Origin: a bacterium
Lineage (GTDB): Bacteria; Zhuqueibacterota; Zhuqueibacteria; Oceanimicrobiales; Oceanimicrobiaceae
Assembly (NCBI GenBank): GCA_046757025.1
Contig: JBHHXN010000013.1
Span: 1-64,000 of the forward strand
Direction of reading: 5' to 3'
DNA length: 64,000 bases
Shown here piece after piece: positions 1 to 10,433 of the stretch. Below the pieces are notes generated by a model. It did no database searches, was not told the origin of the DNA, and saw only the letters and a program-made list of their open reading frames with translations. Position numbers and translations under genes: made by a program. The number at the start of each line of letters is the position of its first letter. Position 1 is the first letter of the stretch.

Positions 1-17
1 ATCTCGCTTTGCGAAAC

Positions 18-48
18 GCTCTGCGCACTCCGCGGCCTCTGCGTTAAA
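18..48. repeat. REP-like short repeat (ctctgcg..ctccgcg..ctctgcgttaaa), probably cut by the window edge
   Basis: Iterated CTCTGCG/CTCCGCG units, a pattern I associate with intergenic repeats flanking GxxExxY genes. Confidence 0.4.
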
Positions 49-400
49 ATCAAAGAGCCTTTTTTATCGTAAATCAAAAAGTCGATTTTAAAAGGACTTT
101 TTAAATAAATGGCTGCATTCTCATATTTTGGAATTTTTGCAACTAAAGTTATTATAAAGAGGTATGTGAATTCAGTTTGAGAAAAATACCTTAAAAACAA
201 TTGAGTGCACAACTGCGAAACTTGAGTTAAAGTCATTTTCCTTGCTTATTATCATATAAGAACTTATCTTAATGAGTAAGTGAGGTGTTTCCCTCATTTG
301 GTTCAAAACCCGCGTACGTCAACTCAAATTGAGGCACCATTCTTTGGAAGGGAAATTCGGGTCGTTACATAATCCCTGTCAGACGTAAACACCTGCAGAT

Positions 401-2104
401 ATGGAAGCTAAAATGAGGAGCCCAGGTAGAATCCAATTCAATTCAGGCTCGGGTCAATTATCTAGAATGGATGATTTGTATGCGCGGGACTATAGTGCGA
501 CTGGAATTTACTTTGTGCTGGTCATGCTATTTTGTCTGCACTTTTGCAGCACCGATGGTCGCGGTCAATTCCTTCCTGGTTATCTATTGCTGGCGAATTC
601 TCCTTCCGGTTCCACAAATATTAACAGCTTGCCAGTTATCCGTCAGCCAGCTCAAGAGAATCATACAATTAAGTCAGTTTTACAATCCAATATAATTCCG
701 GAAGTCTATGAATATGAAATAACCCTTCTTTACGATAAATTGTATACTTCTCATAAAAATTGGTTTAACAGGATGACGAAGTCGTTGAAAATCCTGAACG
801 ACGTATTTAAGGATTTTGATATACGATTTAAGTTAAAAATCATCACTCATTATGAAATATCGGATAACCTGGAAGTGAGCCCGCAGACGTTTCAGAAGCT
901 TTCCGGGAAAAAGTGGGATGCCGATTTTGTGGTGATGTTCTCTGGTAAAAAATTTAAATATTTTTCAGGCAAAGCTGTTGAGAAATATTCAGCCATGATC
1001 ATCGCAACCGAAAGAGAGAAATTTGAAAGAGAGATGGTGATTCATGAAATGGGGCACCTGTTTGGGCTACCTCATGTTGTGAATGATCGCGCTAACAATT
1101 ACATGCGAATGGTCATCACAGACAGAAGAGCTCATTTCTTTGTGTCTGAAAATGAAAAGATTATCAAAATGACGCGTGCGCGAGATTTTAAAATCGATAC
1201 CCTGGATGCGGGTTTGATCGCGAAAAGACTGCCGTTACTACTCAAAATCAGCAGAAGATATCAAACCGATCATATTGTTCTTGAAAAGATCGCCAACGCT
1301 TATTTTACAGCTGGCGATTTTGAAAAAGCGCTTGCGTTTTTTTTAAAAACCATGGATTATTTGAACCGATTGAATTCCAATACTCAAGACTCGACGTTTG
1401 GCTGGTATCAGCAATGCTACAAAAGTCTGGTGATGACTTATTACAAGCTTGACAGCCAGCAATTGACGCTGCAGTCGATCGTCGATAAATTTCAAATCAG
1501 TCCGGAGGATGCGGGTACTTTTTATACGCTGGGCCGGGCCTTCGCCGACGTGGCCGATCTGGCTTCGAAAGAAAAAAACGATGCCGCCATTGCCAGGCGT
1601 TACTGGTTAGAATCATTGCAGGCATTGCAATTGGCTGCGCCTCCGCCGGCCGCCAAACCGCACTGGTATTTTTTAATCGGTTTGGCTTCCTACAAAACCG
1701 GCGATTACCAGAAAGCGATTGAAGCGTTTAAACACGCCATCCGCTCGCGGCCCGACTACGTGGAGTCTTATTATAATCTGGGCCTGACCTATTTTGACAG
1801 CGATAGTTTACAGCAAGCCGTGGAAACTTTTCAGCAGGCTTTAACTATTCAACCAGACTATTTAGAGGCTTATCTGGGATTGGGCAATGCTCATTATAAA
1901 CTCAAGCACTGGCACGAGGCTGCACGCGCCTATCGACATGCCATTCAAATTCAACCCGATTTTGCTCTGGTCCATTTTAATCTGGGGTTGACTTATTTTA
2001 AGATCGGCGATCGAAAAGCACTGCGAGAAGTTTGCGAGATTTTACAAACGTTAGATGAAAATTTTGCAAAAAGGTTGTGTGAAGACTTGATGGGCGGTTA
2101 CTGA
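401..2104 (+). CDS. Zinc metallopeptidase (metzincin/M12-like) with C-terminal TPR repeats
   Basis: HEMGHLFGLPH (HExxHxxGxxH) with a downstream Met (NNYMR); TPR units such as YYNLGLTY and YLGLGNAH; N-terminal hydrophobic stretch; start may be 467. Confidence 0.75.
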   Translation: MEAKMRSPGRIQFNSGSGQLSRMDDLYARDYSATGIYFVLVMLFCLHFCSTDGRGQFLPGYLLLANSPSGSTNINSLPVIRQPAQENHTIKSVLQSNIIPEVYEYEITLLYDKLYTSHKNWFNRMTKSLKILNDVFKDFDIRFKLKIITHYEISDNLEVSPQTFQKLSGKKWDADFVVMFSGKKFKYFSGKAVEKYSAMIIATEREKFEREMVIHEMGHLFGLPHVVNDRANNYMRMVITDRRAHFFVSENEKIIKMTRARDFKIDTLDAGLIAKRLPLLLKISRRYQTDHIVLEKIANAYFTAGDFEKALAFFLKTMDYLNRLNSNTQDSTFGWYQQCYKSLVMTYYKLDSQQLTLQSIVDKFQISPEDAGTFYTLGRAFADVADLASKEKNDAAIARRYWLESLQALQLAAPPPAAKPHWYFLIGLASYKTGDYQKAIEAFKHAIRSRPDYVESYYNLGLTYFDSDSLQQAVETFQQALTIQPDYLEAYLGLGNAHYKLKHWHEAARAYRHAIQIQPDFALVHFNLGLTYFKIGDRKALREVCEILQTLDENFAKRLCEDLMGGY

Positions 2105-2139
2105 CGGCGGTGAGCAGCGTGTTTTGCCAGACAACAACT

Positions 2140-2961
2140 TCAAATCAATTGTAAAATGGCTTGATTCCAACCTTGAGGACCCATGCCGTCTGCTAAGATT
2201 GGCTGCATTTCCATAAGAATTTGGGGTTCGTATTCATCGGAGGCATTGCGTACTAAAACGGGTAAGTCAACTTCTTGCAGCATGGGAAAATCGTTCCAAC
2301 TGTCGCCGACGCCGATGGTTTTAAAGGGTGCATTCCAGGCTTTTGCATAGATATGCCGTAATTTTCGCACCGCGAGTCCCTTATCGTTTTTGCCCATTAG
2401 ATGGTAAAAGCGATTGCCGCGAGTCAAATTTAATCCCAGCTCCCGGCAAATCGGCAACAATTCTTCAAGCCGCGATTTTTTCCGTTTATCCTGCACCACA
2501 AACGGCTCGTTGTATCTGCGCTGTTTGGCTAATTTCGCTTCATTTTTGATTAACCCGGTGAGCTGCACAATTTCTGCAACAGACAAATCCCCAAAACCGA
2601 CGATGGGCAAGCCGGTTTTCGCTTTGATTTTGTTCAAACAAGCCCGGATTTCCGGGTAGGGCAACCCCAATTCGAGAATGAGATATTTTGCCTCTTTCCT
2701 TTGATAATGGAAATCCACACCAAAGTACGATTCAGGTATGAACACCGCTCCGCCGTTTTCAACGATAAAAGGATGTGTGTTCTGCAAAGTTTTTCTGAGC
2801 ACTTCCATTTCGGAAGCGGTTTTGGAGGAAACGAGAATTAACGGTATTTGCTGCTGTTTGATTTTATTCAGTGCCGGCAGGGCTGGGGCAAACTGGTAAC
2901 TTTGGTGATCGAGCAGCGTGCCATCGAGATCGGTGAAAATAATCAAATCGGGTGTTTTCAT
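2140..2961 (-). CDS. gpgP: Mannosyl/glucosyl-3-phosphoglycerate phosphatase (HAD IIB)
   Basis: MKTPDLIIFTDLDGTLLD, SSKT, ENGG and GDSWND motifs; ATG at 2961 overlaps the upstream TGA (ATGA). The track ORF to 3297 is over-extended. Confidence 0.85.
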   Translation of the reverse strand: MKTPDLIIFTDLDGTLLDHQSYQFAPALPALNKIKQQQIPLILVSSKTASEMEVLRKTLQNTHPFIVENGGAVFIPESYFGVDFHYQRKEAKYLILELGLPYPEIRACLNKIKAKTGLPIVGFGDLSVAEIVQLTGLIKNEAKLAKQRRYNEPFVVQDKRKKSRLEELLPICRELGLNLTRGNRFYHLMGKNDKGLAVRKLRHIYAKAWNAPFKTIGVGDSWNDFPMLQEVDLPVLVRNASDEYEPQILMEMQPILADGMGPQGWNQAILQLI

Positions 2962-4166
2962 CGATTGTCTAATTCGACGGCGTCCTTGAGCTGCTCGAGA
3001 AAATTGGGAATGGCGGATGTCACACGAGACCAGGTGGGAATGAAAGTGACATTCAGGGGGTTGTCCAGAAACGTTTCGGCGGCCTGCTGAATGCCTTTGG
3101 TGAAAGATTCCACCGCTTGCGTTTCTTCGTGTCGGTCGAAATTTAAGCCGTTGATGGCGGCGTCGTCTTCGTAGCGGTTGATGCTTTCCTGGGCGGTACG
3201 CAGGTAAGTGACCTGCAGCGTGCGCAAGAATCCGCCGGAAAGCACCACGCCTTCCGCCGCTAGTTGCCGGAAAATGGTTTTGGTGATATCGATGCACATT
3301 TTCATCAGCCCTTTTTCGGGATCCTCTTGCGACAATGGCTGGTGCTTATGTTCGTAAGATTCACACAGCTCGGTTTGACATATTCGATTGATGGAACAAT
3401 TGCGGTAAACTTCTGAAAGAATACCTACTTCCAAACCCCAGTCACTGGGAATGCGCAGCACACGCGCCAGGTCCTGAATGAGACAAAATTCACCGGCCAA
3501 AGGGTAGCGGTAGCTGTCCATGTATTGCAGGTACGGCTCGGAGCCGATGATTTTAATCAGCGCTCTGAGCAGCGGCGTTACCAGCAACCGCGTCACCCGG
3601 CCGTGCATGCGGTTGGTAACCCGCGCATAGTATCCTTTATTGAATTCGTAGCTCAAATTGGGACTGGTCACAGGGTAACATAGCCGCGCCAGAAGCTCCC
3701 GGTTGTAGGTGAGAATATCGCAGTCGTGCAGTGCGATGACTTCGCTAAAGCGATCAGTCAGAGCATAACCGAAGGCAAACCAAACCGATCGGCCCTTGCC
3801 GTCGGGGCCGGGCGAGAGCGCGCTTTCTTCCAGCAAATCGATCAATTTTTGAAACCGGGGACCGGTGGCCCAGACGATGGTTTTTTTATGTGGCAGGCTG
3901 GCGAAATATTCACGCGCATGGGCAAACTCAGTGGCGTTCGTTCGCCCCATGGTGATGATAATCTGATGCAGATAATTTACATTGCTGAGCTCCTCGATAA
4001 TTAATTTCAATGCCTGCCCTTTAAGCTCATCGTATATCGCCGGCAAGATCAACGTCACCGGTCGATGATCGCTAAACTTCGTGAGCTCTTTTTCGATTTT
4101 GTTGATGTCCAGAGTTCCAAAACGATGAAACGTGGAAAGCGCTCCGGTCTGATGAAAATCAGCCAT
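2958..4166 (-). CDS. gpgS: Glucosyl-3-phosphoglycerate synthase-like glycosyltransferase
   Basis: MADFHQTG start after GGAGAA; GKGRSVW, LHDCDI, GRVTRL, YPLAGEF, DWGLEVG and YEHKHQ motifs; coupled to the HAD phosphatase. Confidence 0.85.
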   Translation of the reverse strand: MADFHQTGALSTFHRFGTLDINKIEKELTKFSDHRPVTLILPAIYDELKGQALKLIIEELSNVNYLHQIIITMGRTNATEFAHAREYFASLPHKKTIVWATGPRFQKLIDLLEESALSPGPDGKGRSVWFAFGYALTDRFSEVIALHDCDILTYNRELLARLCYPVTSPNLSYEFNKGYYARVTNRMHGRVTRLLVTPLLRALIKIIGSEPYLQYMDSYRYPLAGEFCLIQDLARVLRIPSDWGLEVGILSEVYRNCSINRICQTELCESYEHKHQPLSQEDPEKGLMKMCIDITKTIFRQLAAEGVVLSGGFLRTLQVTYLRTAQESINRYEDDAAINGLNFDRHEETQAVESFTKGIQQAAETFLDNPLNVTFIPTWSRVTSAIPNFLEQLKDAVELDNR

Positions 4167-4225
4167 GGCATTCTCCAAAAAAGTTTAATAAATACAAAAT
4201 ATGGTACATTGACACGCTTACAAGT

Positions 4226-5761
4226 TTAGTTTTTATCGGCCTGTAATCGCCGGATCGGTTTGGCAATTCTTTGCTGTTGTGCCATTTGCATGTTGTCGAG
4301 CTTGTTGAATTCCGCGCGCACCAATTCTAAGGTTTTGAGACTTTTTGAGTATTTCGGATCGATGGCTAGCGCTTTGCTGAGTTTTTCATCCGCCAGATTC
4401 AGAAATTTTAATTTATCTTGCGGATGATAAGCATCTCTTCCTAATTTGAAATACAGATAACCTAAGGTATTATGAATGGAAGGGTCGTGCAATTGCAAGG
4501 TACTATCCAAACTGGCTGCCAGGTTGTAATACGCAATGGCCTGGTCGATATTGTTGAAATAGTATTCGTTGAGCAAGGCAAGATTGAAATACGTTTTATA
4601 CAAGGTTTTATCTTCACCTAGATTGTTTGTCTGGTATTCTCTGACAATCTTCTGGAAGATTTCATGAGCGCTTTCAAAATCTCCAGTTTGTCGTTTTTTC
4701 AAACCTTGCAACCGCAAATTTTCAAGATGTCCGGCACTTTCGTTTGTTTCGGTTTCTTCAATCTGCACCCGGGCGCTGTATTGCATGATCGTATCATTGA
4801 GTTGTCGGGACACCGGTGAGTTTGCTGCGCTTTTTTCCCGCGCCCGGTACAAGTCCTGCAAAACTTGTTCTTCTTTCTGGTAAGCATATTCCGCGCCTTG
4901 TACAATCAGCGCCAGGTGGTTGTTCAGAGTATGCATAAAAACCGAATCCGGCGGGTTTAGCTGACTGTACAAATCGCGGAAGGCAATCAATTGCTCAGTT
5001 GACAATCGAAACACCAAAGCCCACCCGAAAGCGTATATCTGATTCGTCAAGTTCTCAGTCAAGTTAGAATCGCCGGTAAATTCTTGTACATCGTGGATGA
5101 GACTTGCCAGAGTCCTTTCGGTGTCGTTGACAATTTCCGTTACCGTTCGCTTTAATCCTTTTTCACCCAGGTTCAGGCTGCGTTGATAAACCTGGTTGAT
5201 GAGTTTGGTTCGGGCTAATAAACTGTAGCGCTCGGGTCGGTCCTCAATCCATTGCAGATATTTTTCAGCATCTTCAAATTTACCTTCCTGGGCTGCCACC
5301 AGTCCCAGATGATAGTGAATTTCTTCTGGATTTAAGTGGAGTTGATTCAGGTAATAAGTGCCAGTTGAAAGGGCTTCCTGATTTTCGATGATCGAGCTGC
5401 GGATCAAATCCAGCATGTCGATGAAGGCTTTGGTGGAAATGACTTCCGCGTTGTTGGCATCGATATCCTCGGCGCGGTTGAGATATATTTTCGCGGATTG
5501 GTAATCGCCGTTTTCAACCAAACTGCGCGAGAGTTGAGTGTAAAAATCGATGGTTTTGCGGTTGCTTTGGTTTTCGAGGAACTGGAGTCCCAGCTCGTAG
5601 GCCGTCCCGATCAAGCCAATTACAGCGACTACTATGGGCACGGCGATGGCAATTCGCTTTAAAGTGGGGGTTTTGGACTTTTGGGCAGTTGTTTCCCCGC
5701 TGGTTAATTTGTCCAATTTGGTGTTGATTTCATTCAATTGCTGACGCAATTCTCTGTCCAT
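4226..5761 (-). CDS. Membrane-anchored TPR protein
   Basis: AGGAG RBS; one TM helix (IAIAVPIVVAVIGLIG); several TPR-like motifs (HYHLGL, YFNLAL, HNTLGYLY). Confidence 0.65.
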   Translation of the reverse strand: MDRELRQQLNEINTKLDKLTSGETTAQKSKTPTLKRIAIAVPIVVAVIGLIGTAYELGLQFLENQSNRKTIDFYTQLSRSLVENGDYQSAKIYLNRAEDIDANNAEVISTKAFIDMLDLIRSSIIENQEALSTGTYYLNQLHLNPEEIHYHLGLVAAQEGKFEDAEKYLQWIEDRPERYSLLARTKLINQVYQRSLNLGEKGLKRTVTEIVNDTERTLASLIHDVQEFTGDSNLTENLTNQIYAFGWALVFRLSTEQLIAFRDLYSQLNPPDSVFMHTLNNHLALIVQGAEYAYQKEEQVLQDLYRAREKSAANSPVSRQLNDTIMQYSARVQIEETETNESAGHLENLRLQGLKKRQTGDFESAHEIFQKIVREYQTNNLGEDKTLYKTYFNLALLNEYYFNNIDQAIAYYNLAASLDSTLQLHDPSIHNTLGYLYFKLGRDAYHPQDKLKFLNLADEKLSKALAIDPKYSKSLKTLELVRAEFNKLDNMQMAQQQRIAKPIRRLQADKN

Positions 5762-5966
5762 TCTGTATTCTCCTTCAGAGCGGCTCGTGGCCGTTTTTTA
5801 CTCTGATTGGTTTGTTATTCCATTAACGGTTGCCTTCTTGAAATTGCGTTTATACGATGTGTGAAAAACTTAGGATAAAATCCTATCAGACCAAAAATGA
5901 GCAATTTAGCGTTGAATGGGCCTGTCAACGGATTCAAGTGTTCAGAATCAAAGATGTTCACGCTTC

Positions 5967-6101
5967 AGAGACTGTGTGAAAACATGGTAAAACACGCCTC
6001 TGGCTTGTTAAAGTAGGTCTATAACTTAAGCTAAGTTCTTGTTTTCTTTGCAATCCATTCTCGCAAGCAAGATGTTTGCGTTACATTTTCACACCGGCTC
6101 T
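5967..6101. mobile_element. MITE-like element (~135 bp)
   Basis: Terminal inverted repeats AGAGACTGTGTGAAAA / TTTTCACACCGGCTCT (14/16); no coding capacity. Confidence 0.55.
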
Positions 6102-6323
6102 TCCACGTGTTTTTCTCCTCACTCCCGCAACACCTTTCCCGCATCCATCAGGCATCGCTCAAATTAGGTAAGAGTTGAATTAATCGGCGTATTTTCTTTT
6201 GATAATCCGGCTTCTCAATTGAAAATGGAGATGAAAAGTCATTTTAAAATATATAAAATGGCAAGTGTAAAGTCAACCTTAATCGAGTTGCAACGCGGTC
6301 TTCAATGGAAAAAAGTTAAGCGG

Positions 6324-8078
6324 CTAAAATAATTTGGAAATCAGTTTACGCTTGACCGCCTTCCCCGGCAGTTCATTTTTGATGTCCATTTTTTCATCTA
6401 AGAAATGCAGCACAGCGTCGTGGTTGCTGAAGAAGAAATGATCAGCGCCAAGTTTTTGGTAAAATCCGGAGTTTCGCATCACATCCCGCACCGGCCCTTT
6501 GACATTGGTAAAATAAAGGCTGATATTTCGTTGCCGCAGGGAATCGGCGATTTCTTGTAAAGCGGTGTCTGCAGATGAATCGATATCATTCACGCTGCTG
6601 GCATCGAAGATGATGGCTTTGAGATTTGAGTTGTAGTTGTGGATAATTTCTTGAAACCGGTCTTTTAAAAACGACACGTTGGCAAAATAAAGTGAAGCGT
6701 CAATTCTCAAAATGACCAGCCCATTCAAGGTGATGGCCTCGGGGTAGCGTTCGATGTTTCGGTAAATCTTGGTGCCGGGCAGACGACCCAGAATCGCGCA
6801 ATGCGGATGAGTGGTGCGTTTGGTTACCAAGATCAACGAGGCGACGATACTCAAAATCAAACCTTTTTCAATGCCTAAAATCAGGGTTGCAAAAAAAGTG
6901 ACTACTAAAGATATCAGGTCGGTTCTTTTTACCAGATAAAGATGCTTGACTTCTTTCAGGTCGATCAAGCCGACAACCGCCACGATGATGATGGCAGCGA
7001 GGGTGGCAGTGGGTAGAAAATAAAAAAGCTGGGTCAGGAACAACAACGTCAGGGCAATGGTGACTGCCGTGATCATCGAAGCCAGACCGGTGCGAGCGCC
7101 TGACTGGGCATTGACCGCCGATCGCGAAAAACCGCCAGTGACGGGATAGGCGCCAAACACACTGGCGGCGATGTTGGCTAATCCCAGGCCGATGAGCTCC
7201 TGATTCGCATCAACTTCATAATGGTTTTTTGCCGCAAAATTTTTCGCTACCGCAATGGATTCCATGAATCCAACCAAGGCGATGGCCACCGCTATCGGAA
7301 ACAGAGCTGTGAGTGTGGCCGGTGCAAATTGGGGAATCTCGAATCCATGTAATCCTTTGGGCACCTCGCCCATGATGTTGACGCCAGCCACTTGCAAACC
7401 GAACGCCCAGACACTGGCCGTGCTCGCCGCTACCACGATCAGGGCTCTGGGAAAAGTAGATTTCCACCACCTTAATACCAGCAGCGTGAGGATACAACCG
7501 GTACCAATCAAAATCGTTGGCAGGTTGACGGCATCTATATGCTGTATGGAATACGAAATGATCTTTTCTACGTGGAGGGTGTGCGGAATGGAGATGCCCA
7601 GGAGATGCTTTAGTTGTGAAAACGCGATGATCACCGCGGCCGCCGAAGTAAAGCCGCTAATCACCGGATGCGATAAAAAATTGATGATGAACCCCAGGCG
7701 AATTAATCCCATGAAAAACAATATCAATCCTACCATGCCTGCCAAAACCGTCGCGTACAAAATATATTGTTCGCTTCCGGGCTCCGCAAACCGGCCTATT
7801 CCCGACGCCACCAGCAAGGAAATGATCGCAACCGGCCCCACCGACATTTGGCGCGAGGTTCCGAATAGCGCATAGATAAATAACGGCGCCACCGAAGCAT
7901 AAAGCCCGACGATGGGCGGCAGGCCCGCCAACAAAGCAACCGCCATGCCCTGGGGTATCAGCATTACGGCGACGGTTAAGCCTGCGCTTAAATCCCCTTT
8001 GAAGTCTTGTTTGCGATAATGAAAAAGCCAGTTCAGGAATGGGAAATATTTGCTCATGCCACCAAAATTTTCATCCAC
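6324..8078 (-). CDS. sulP: SulP family anion permease with STAS domain
   Basis: GDLSAGLTVAVMLIPQGMA, GLY, NQELIGLG and GGFSRS motifs; C-terminal STAS (LYFAN, IDSSA). Confidence 0.92.
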   Translation of the reverse strand: MDENFGGMSKYFPFLNWLFHYRKQDFKGDLSAGLTVAVMLIPQGMAVALLAGLPPIVGLYASVAPLFIYALFGTSRQMSVGPVAIISLLVASGIGRFAEPGSEQYILYATVLAGMVGLILFFMGLIRLGFIINFLSHPVISGFTSAAAVIIAFSQLKHLLGISIPHTLHVEKIISYSIQHIDAVNLPTILIGTGCILTLLVLRWWKSTFPRALIVVAASTASVWAFGLQVAGVNIMGEVPKGLHGFEIPQFAPATLTALFPIAVAIALVGFMESIAVAKNFAAKNHYEVDANQELIGLGLANIAASVFGAYPVTGGFSRSAVNAQSGARTGLASMITAVTIALTLLFLTQLFYFLPTATLAAIIIVAVVGLIDLKEVKHLYLVKRTDLISLVVTFFATLILGIEKGLILSIVASLILVTKRTTHPHCAILGRLPGTKIYRNIERYPEAITLNGLVILRIDASLYFANVSFLKDRFQEIIHNYNSNLKAIIFDASSVNDIDSSADTALQEIADSLRQRNISLYFTNVKGPVRDVMRNSGFYQKLGADHFFFSNHDAVLHFLDEKMDIKNELPGKAVKRKLISKLF

Positions 8079-8394
8079 CTGCCAATTGAGCGATGTGACA
8101 ATCTATGCCACCTCATGCAATACAATCCACATTTTTAGCTCAACGATTGTTTGTGAATTTGATGAGTGAAGATACAACCTAAACGCAGAATAAGCAAGTG
8201 AAATTGCAGTAAAAGTGTAAAACCTTAGTCTTTAGGGGGAGCCCAATCATCCCCAAATAAAATTTGGGAACGAGATTGATTGCCTCCCTCCTCGTTAGTG
8301 AGGTTTCGCAAATCAAGGCTGATTTTTGTTGAAATTATTTATGATACTCATTAAATTACAGCGTGGTCCAATGTGATGATGCTTGTTTACAATT

Positions 8395-8625
8395 ATGAAA
8401 TCGATCTGGATTGATAAAATACCGCTACTGCCGTTGGCAGCCTTGGCCTTACTTTTAGCTGTGGCGCCCGTATTTCCGAAGTCGCATCTGTTTCAAAAAT
8501 TGCAGATGATGTTTCAGGGAAACCTGGTTCAGGCCATCGATATATTTGATTTATTCTGGCACGGCACGCCTTTGATCTTACTGCTGATAAAAATGAGCAG
8601 AAAGTGGTACCCATCTAATAGGTAA
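8395..8625 (+). CDS. Small two-TM conserved membrane protein
   Basis: Two hydrophobic segments with AP..P.SHLFQKL and IDIFDLFWHG motifs; first gene of a three-gene run. Confidence 0.6.
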   Translation: MKSIWIDKIPLLPLAALALLLAVAPVFPKSHLFQKLQMMFQGNLVQAIDIFDLFWHGTPLILLLIKMSRKWYPSNR

Positions 8626-8647
8626 TTTGAATCGGTATTAAAATAAC

Positions 8648-9151
8648 ATGAAAACCGTCGCCAACAGTTTGAAAATTTTCATCCTCGTCTTTTTGGGAAA
8701 TATTTTTCATCTGAGTTATTATTATTCATTCTTGCCGGAGGAAGTCGCTACCCATTTCAACGCCGCAGGTTTGCCAGACAGCTGGTCCAGCAAAACCACG
8801 TTGGTTGGCATTTATGCTGGGGTGGCGGTGCTGACCTTTTTAACGTTTTGGGGGTTAACCTACTTATTGCCGCGGCTGTCCCATTCTTTCATCAACTTAC
8901 CCAGAAAAGAATACTGGCTGGCTGCGGAACGAAAACAAGCTACACTCAAACTGATTTGCGACCGCTTGCAGTATTTAGGTATGGCGACTCTGGTGTTCCT
9001 GGGCGTCATTTTTCATTTGACCTTTCGGGTGAATCTTGCGGTCGCCGAGCGGTTGCAGCATGTCTGGTGGATCACGGGATCGTATCTCGGAGTTACTTTT
9101 TTATGGATTATTTCCCTGGTAAAAAAATTCAACAAAATCCCGCGGGACTGA
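8648..9151 (+). CDS. DUF1648/SdpI-like membrane protein
   Basis: LPEEVATHFNAAGLPDSW motif; four TM segments. Confidence 0.75.
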   Translation: MKTVANSLKIFILVFLGNIFHLSYYYSFLPEEVATHFNAAGLPDSWSSKTTLVGIYAGVAVLTFLTFWGLTYLLPRLSHSFINLPRKEYWLAAERKQATLKLICDRLQYLGMATLVFLGVIFHLTFRVNLAVAERLQHVWWITGSYLGVTFLWIISLVKKFNKIPRD

Positions 9152-9176
9152 ATGCATTTCAAAATGAGGTTGACTC

Positions 9177-9974
9177 ATGCCGCATATCATTGTAAACGAT
9201 GTTGAGCTATATTATGAATTGCACGGCAAAGGCAACGACCACCTCGTGCTGAACAACGGCGTGATGGCAAACACCGCCAGCTGGGTATATCAAGTGCCCG
9301 TTCTCAAGGAACATTTCCGGGTGCTTCTCTATGATATGCGTGGACAGGGACAGTCGCAAAAATGGCGTGAGGGCGATTCAGAATATACCTGGGATACGCA
9401 CGCTGCGGATCTGGCGGCTTTGCTGGAAGCCTTGAAAATCAACTCGGCTAACATCGGGGGAATTTCTTACGGCGGGGAACTGGCCCTTTATTTTGCGTTG
9501 CGCTACCCTGATTTGTGCAAGCGTCTGATTATCAGTAATGCCGTCAGCCATGTTGAACCGCAACTGCGGGCCATCATCGAAAGCTGGATACTGGCGGCGC
9601 AAACCGGCGACCATGAATTGTTCTATCGCTCCACCTGGTTCTGGAATTTTAGCGAGGATTTTTTTGCGGACCATTTTGATTTACTCATGAACCGAATCGA
9701 GGCGGCAAAGGCGTTGCATTTGCCCTCAGTGATCCAACTCTGCCGCTGCTTTTTAAAAATAAATATCACCGAGCATCTTCAAAAGATTCAACAACCGGTC
9801 TGCGTCATCGTGGGCGAGAAAGATATTCTCAAGCCGGTTCATTATTCCGCTACCCTTGCCAGACGTATTCCCAATTCTGAGCTTCACATATTGCCCGCAG
9901 CCGGTCACGCGTCTTTCTGGGAGCGTCCTGATGAGTTTAACAGCATTCTATTAGGCTTTCTGTTCAAATCCTGA
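9177..9974 (+). CDS. Alpha/beta-fold hydrolase
   Basis: YDMRGQGQS, GISYGG nucleophile elbow, GEKD and AGH. Confidence 0.85.
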   Translation: MPHIIVNDVELYYELHGKGNDHLVLNNGVMANTASWVYQVPVLKEHFRVLLYDMRGQGQSQKWREGDSEYTWDTHAADLAALLEALKINSANIGGISYGGELALYFALRYPDLCKRLIISNAVSHVEPQLRAIIESWILAAQTGDHELFYRSTWFWNFSEDFFADHFDLLMNRIEAAKALHLPSVIQLCRCFLKINITEHLQKIQQPVCVIVGEKDILKPVHYSATLARRIPNSELHILPAAGHASFWERPDEFNSILLGFLFKS

Positions 9975-10433
9975 AAACAACTCACCTTTTTGAACAAGCG
10001 GCCTAGAGGCGGTCGCGATTCAATTTCATTTCTCCTTTGCAATCCTTATTGTTTTTTCCATGAAATCGGCAAAACCGGCGTCCTCAATTTCAATTTATTG
10101 TAAAATAACTTGAATTTCATTATTAATTAAATATATTATACTCTTAAAATTAGGAATAATAAACCCCATTTTCTCAGGATTGAGAACAAAATTAATTTAA
10201 CAGCAAAACATCGCTCGATCTTGTTAGGGAAAATGTTTTAAAAAACAGCCCGTTAGAGCGATTTGATTATTAATATTCCGGACAGATTTTTGGCACCAAT
10301 TTTGCGAATCGACGGTTATTTTGAAACGACTGTTTCCCATTATTCCAAACTGACATATTGAAGCGAACAAAATTGCGGTTTGTTAATCTCAGAGAGTTTA
10401 GCGATTTATTAATTTAACAAGGTTCATTAACGC

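Noticed and set aside
2962..3297. N-terminal extension of the HAD phosphatase ORF
   Set aside because: Overlaps gpgS out of frame; the real start is the ATGA-coupled ATG at 2961
8237..8292. CCCAAATAAAATTTGGGAACGAG palindrome
   Set aside because: Looks like an isolated REP half-site; too little support for a call
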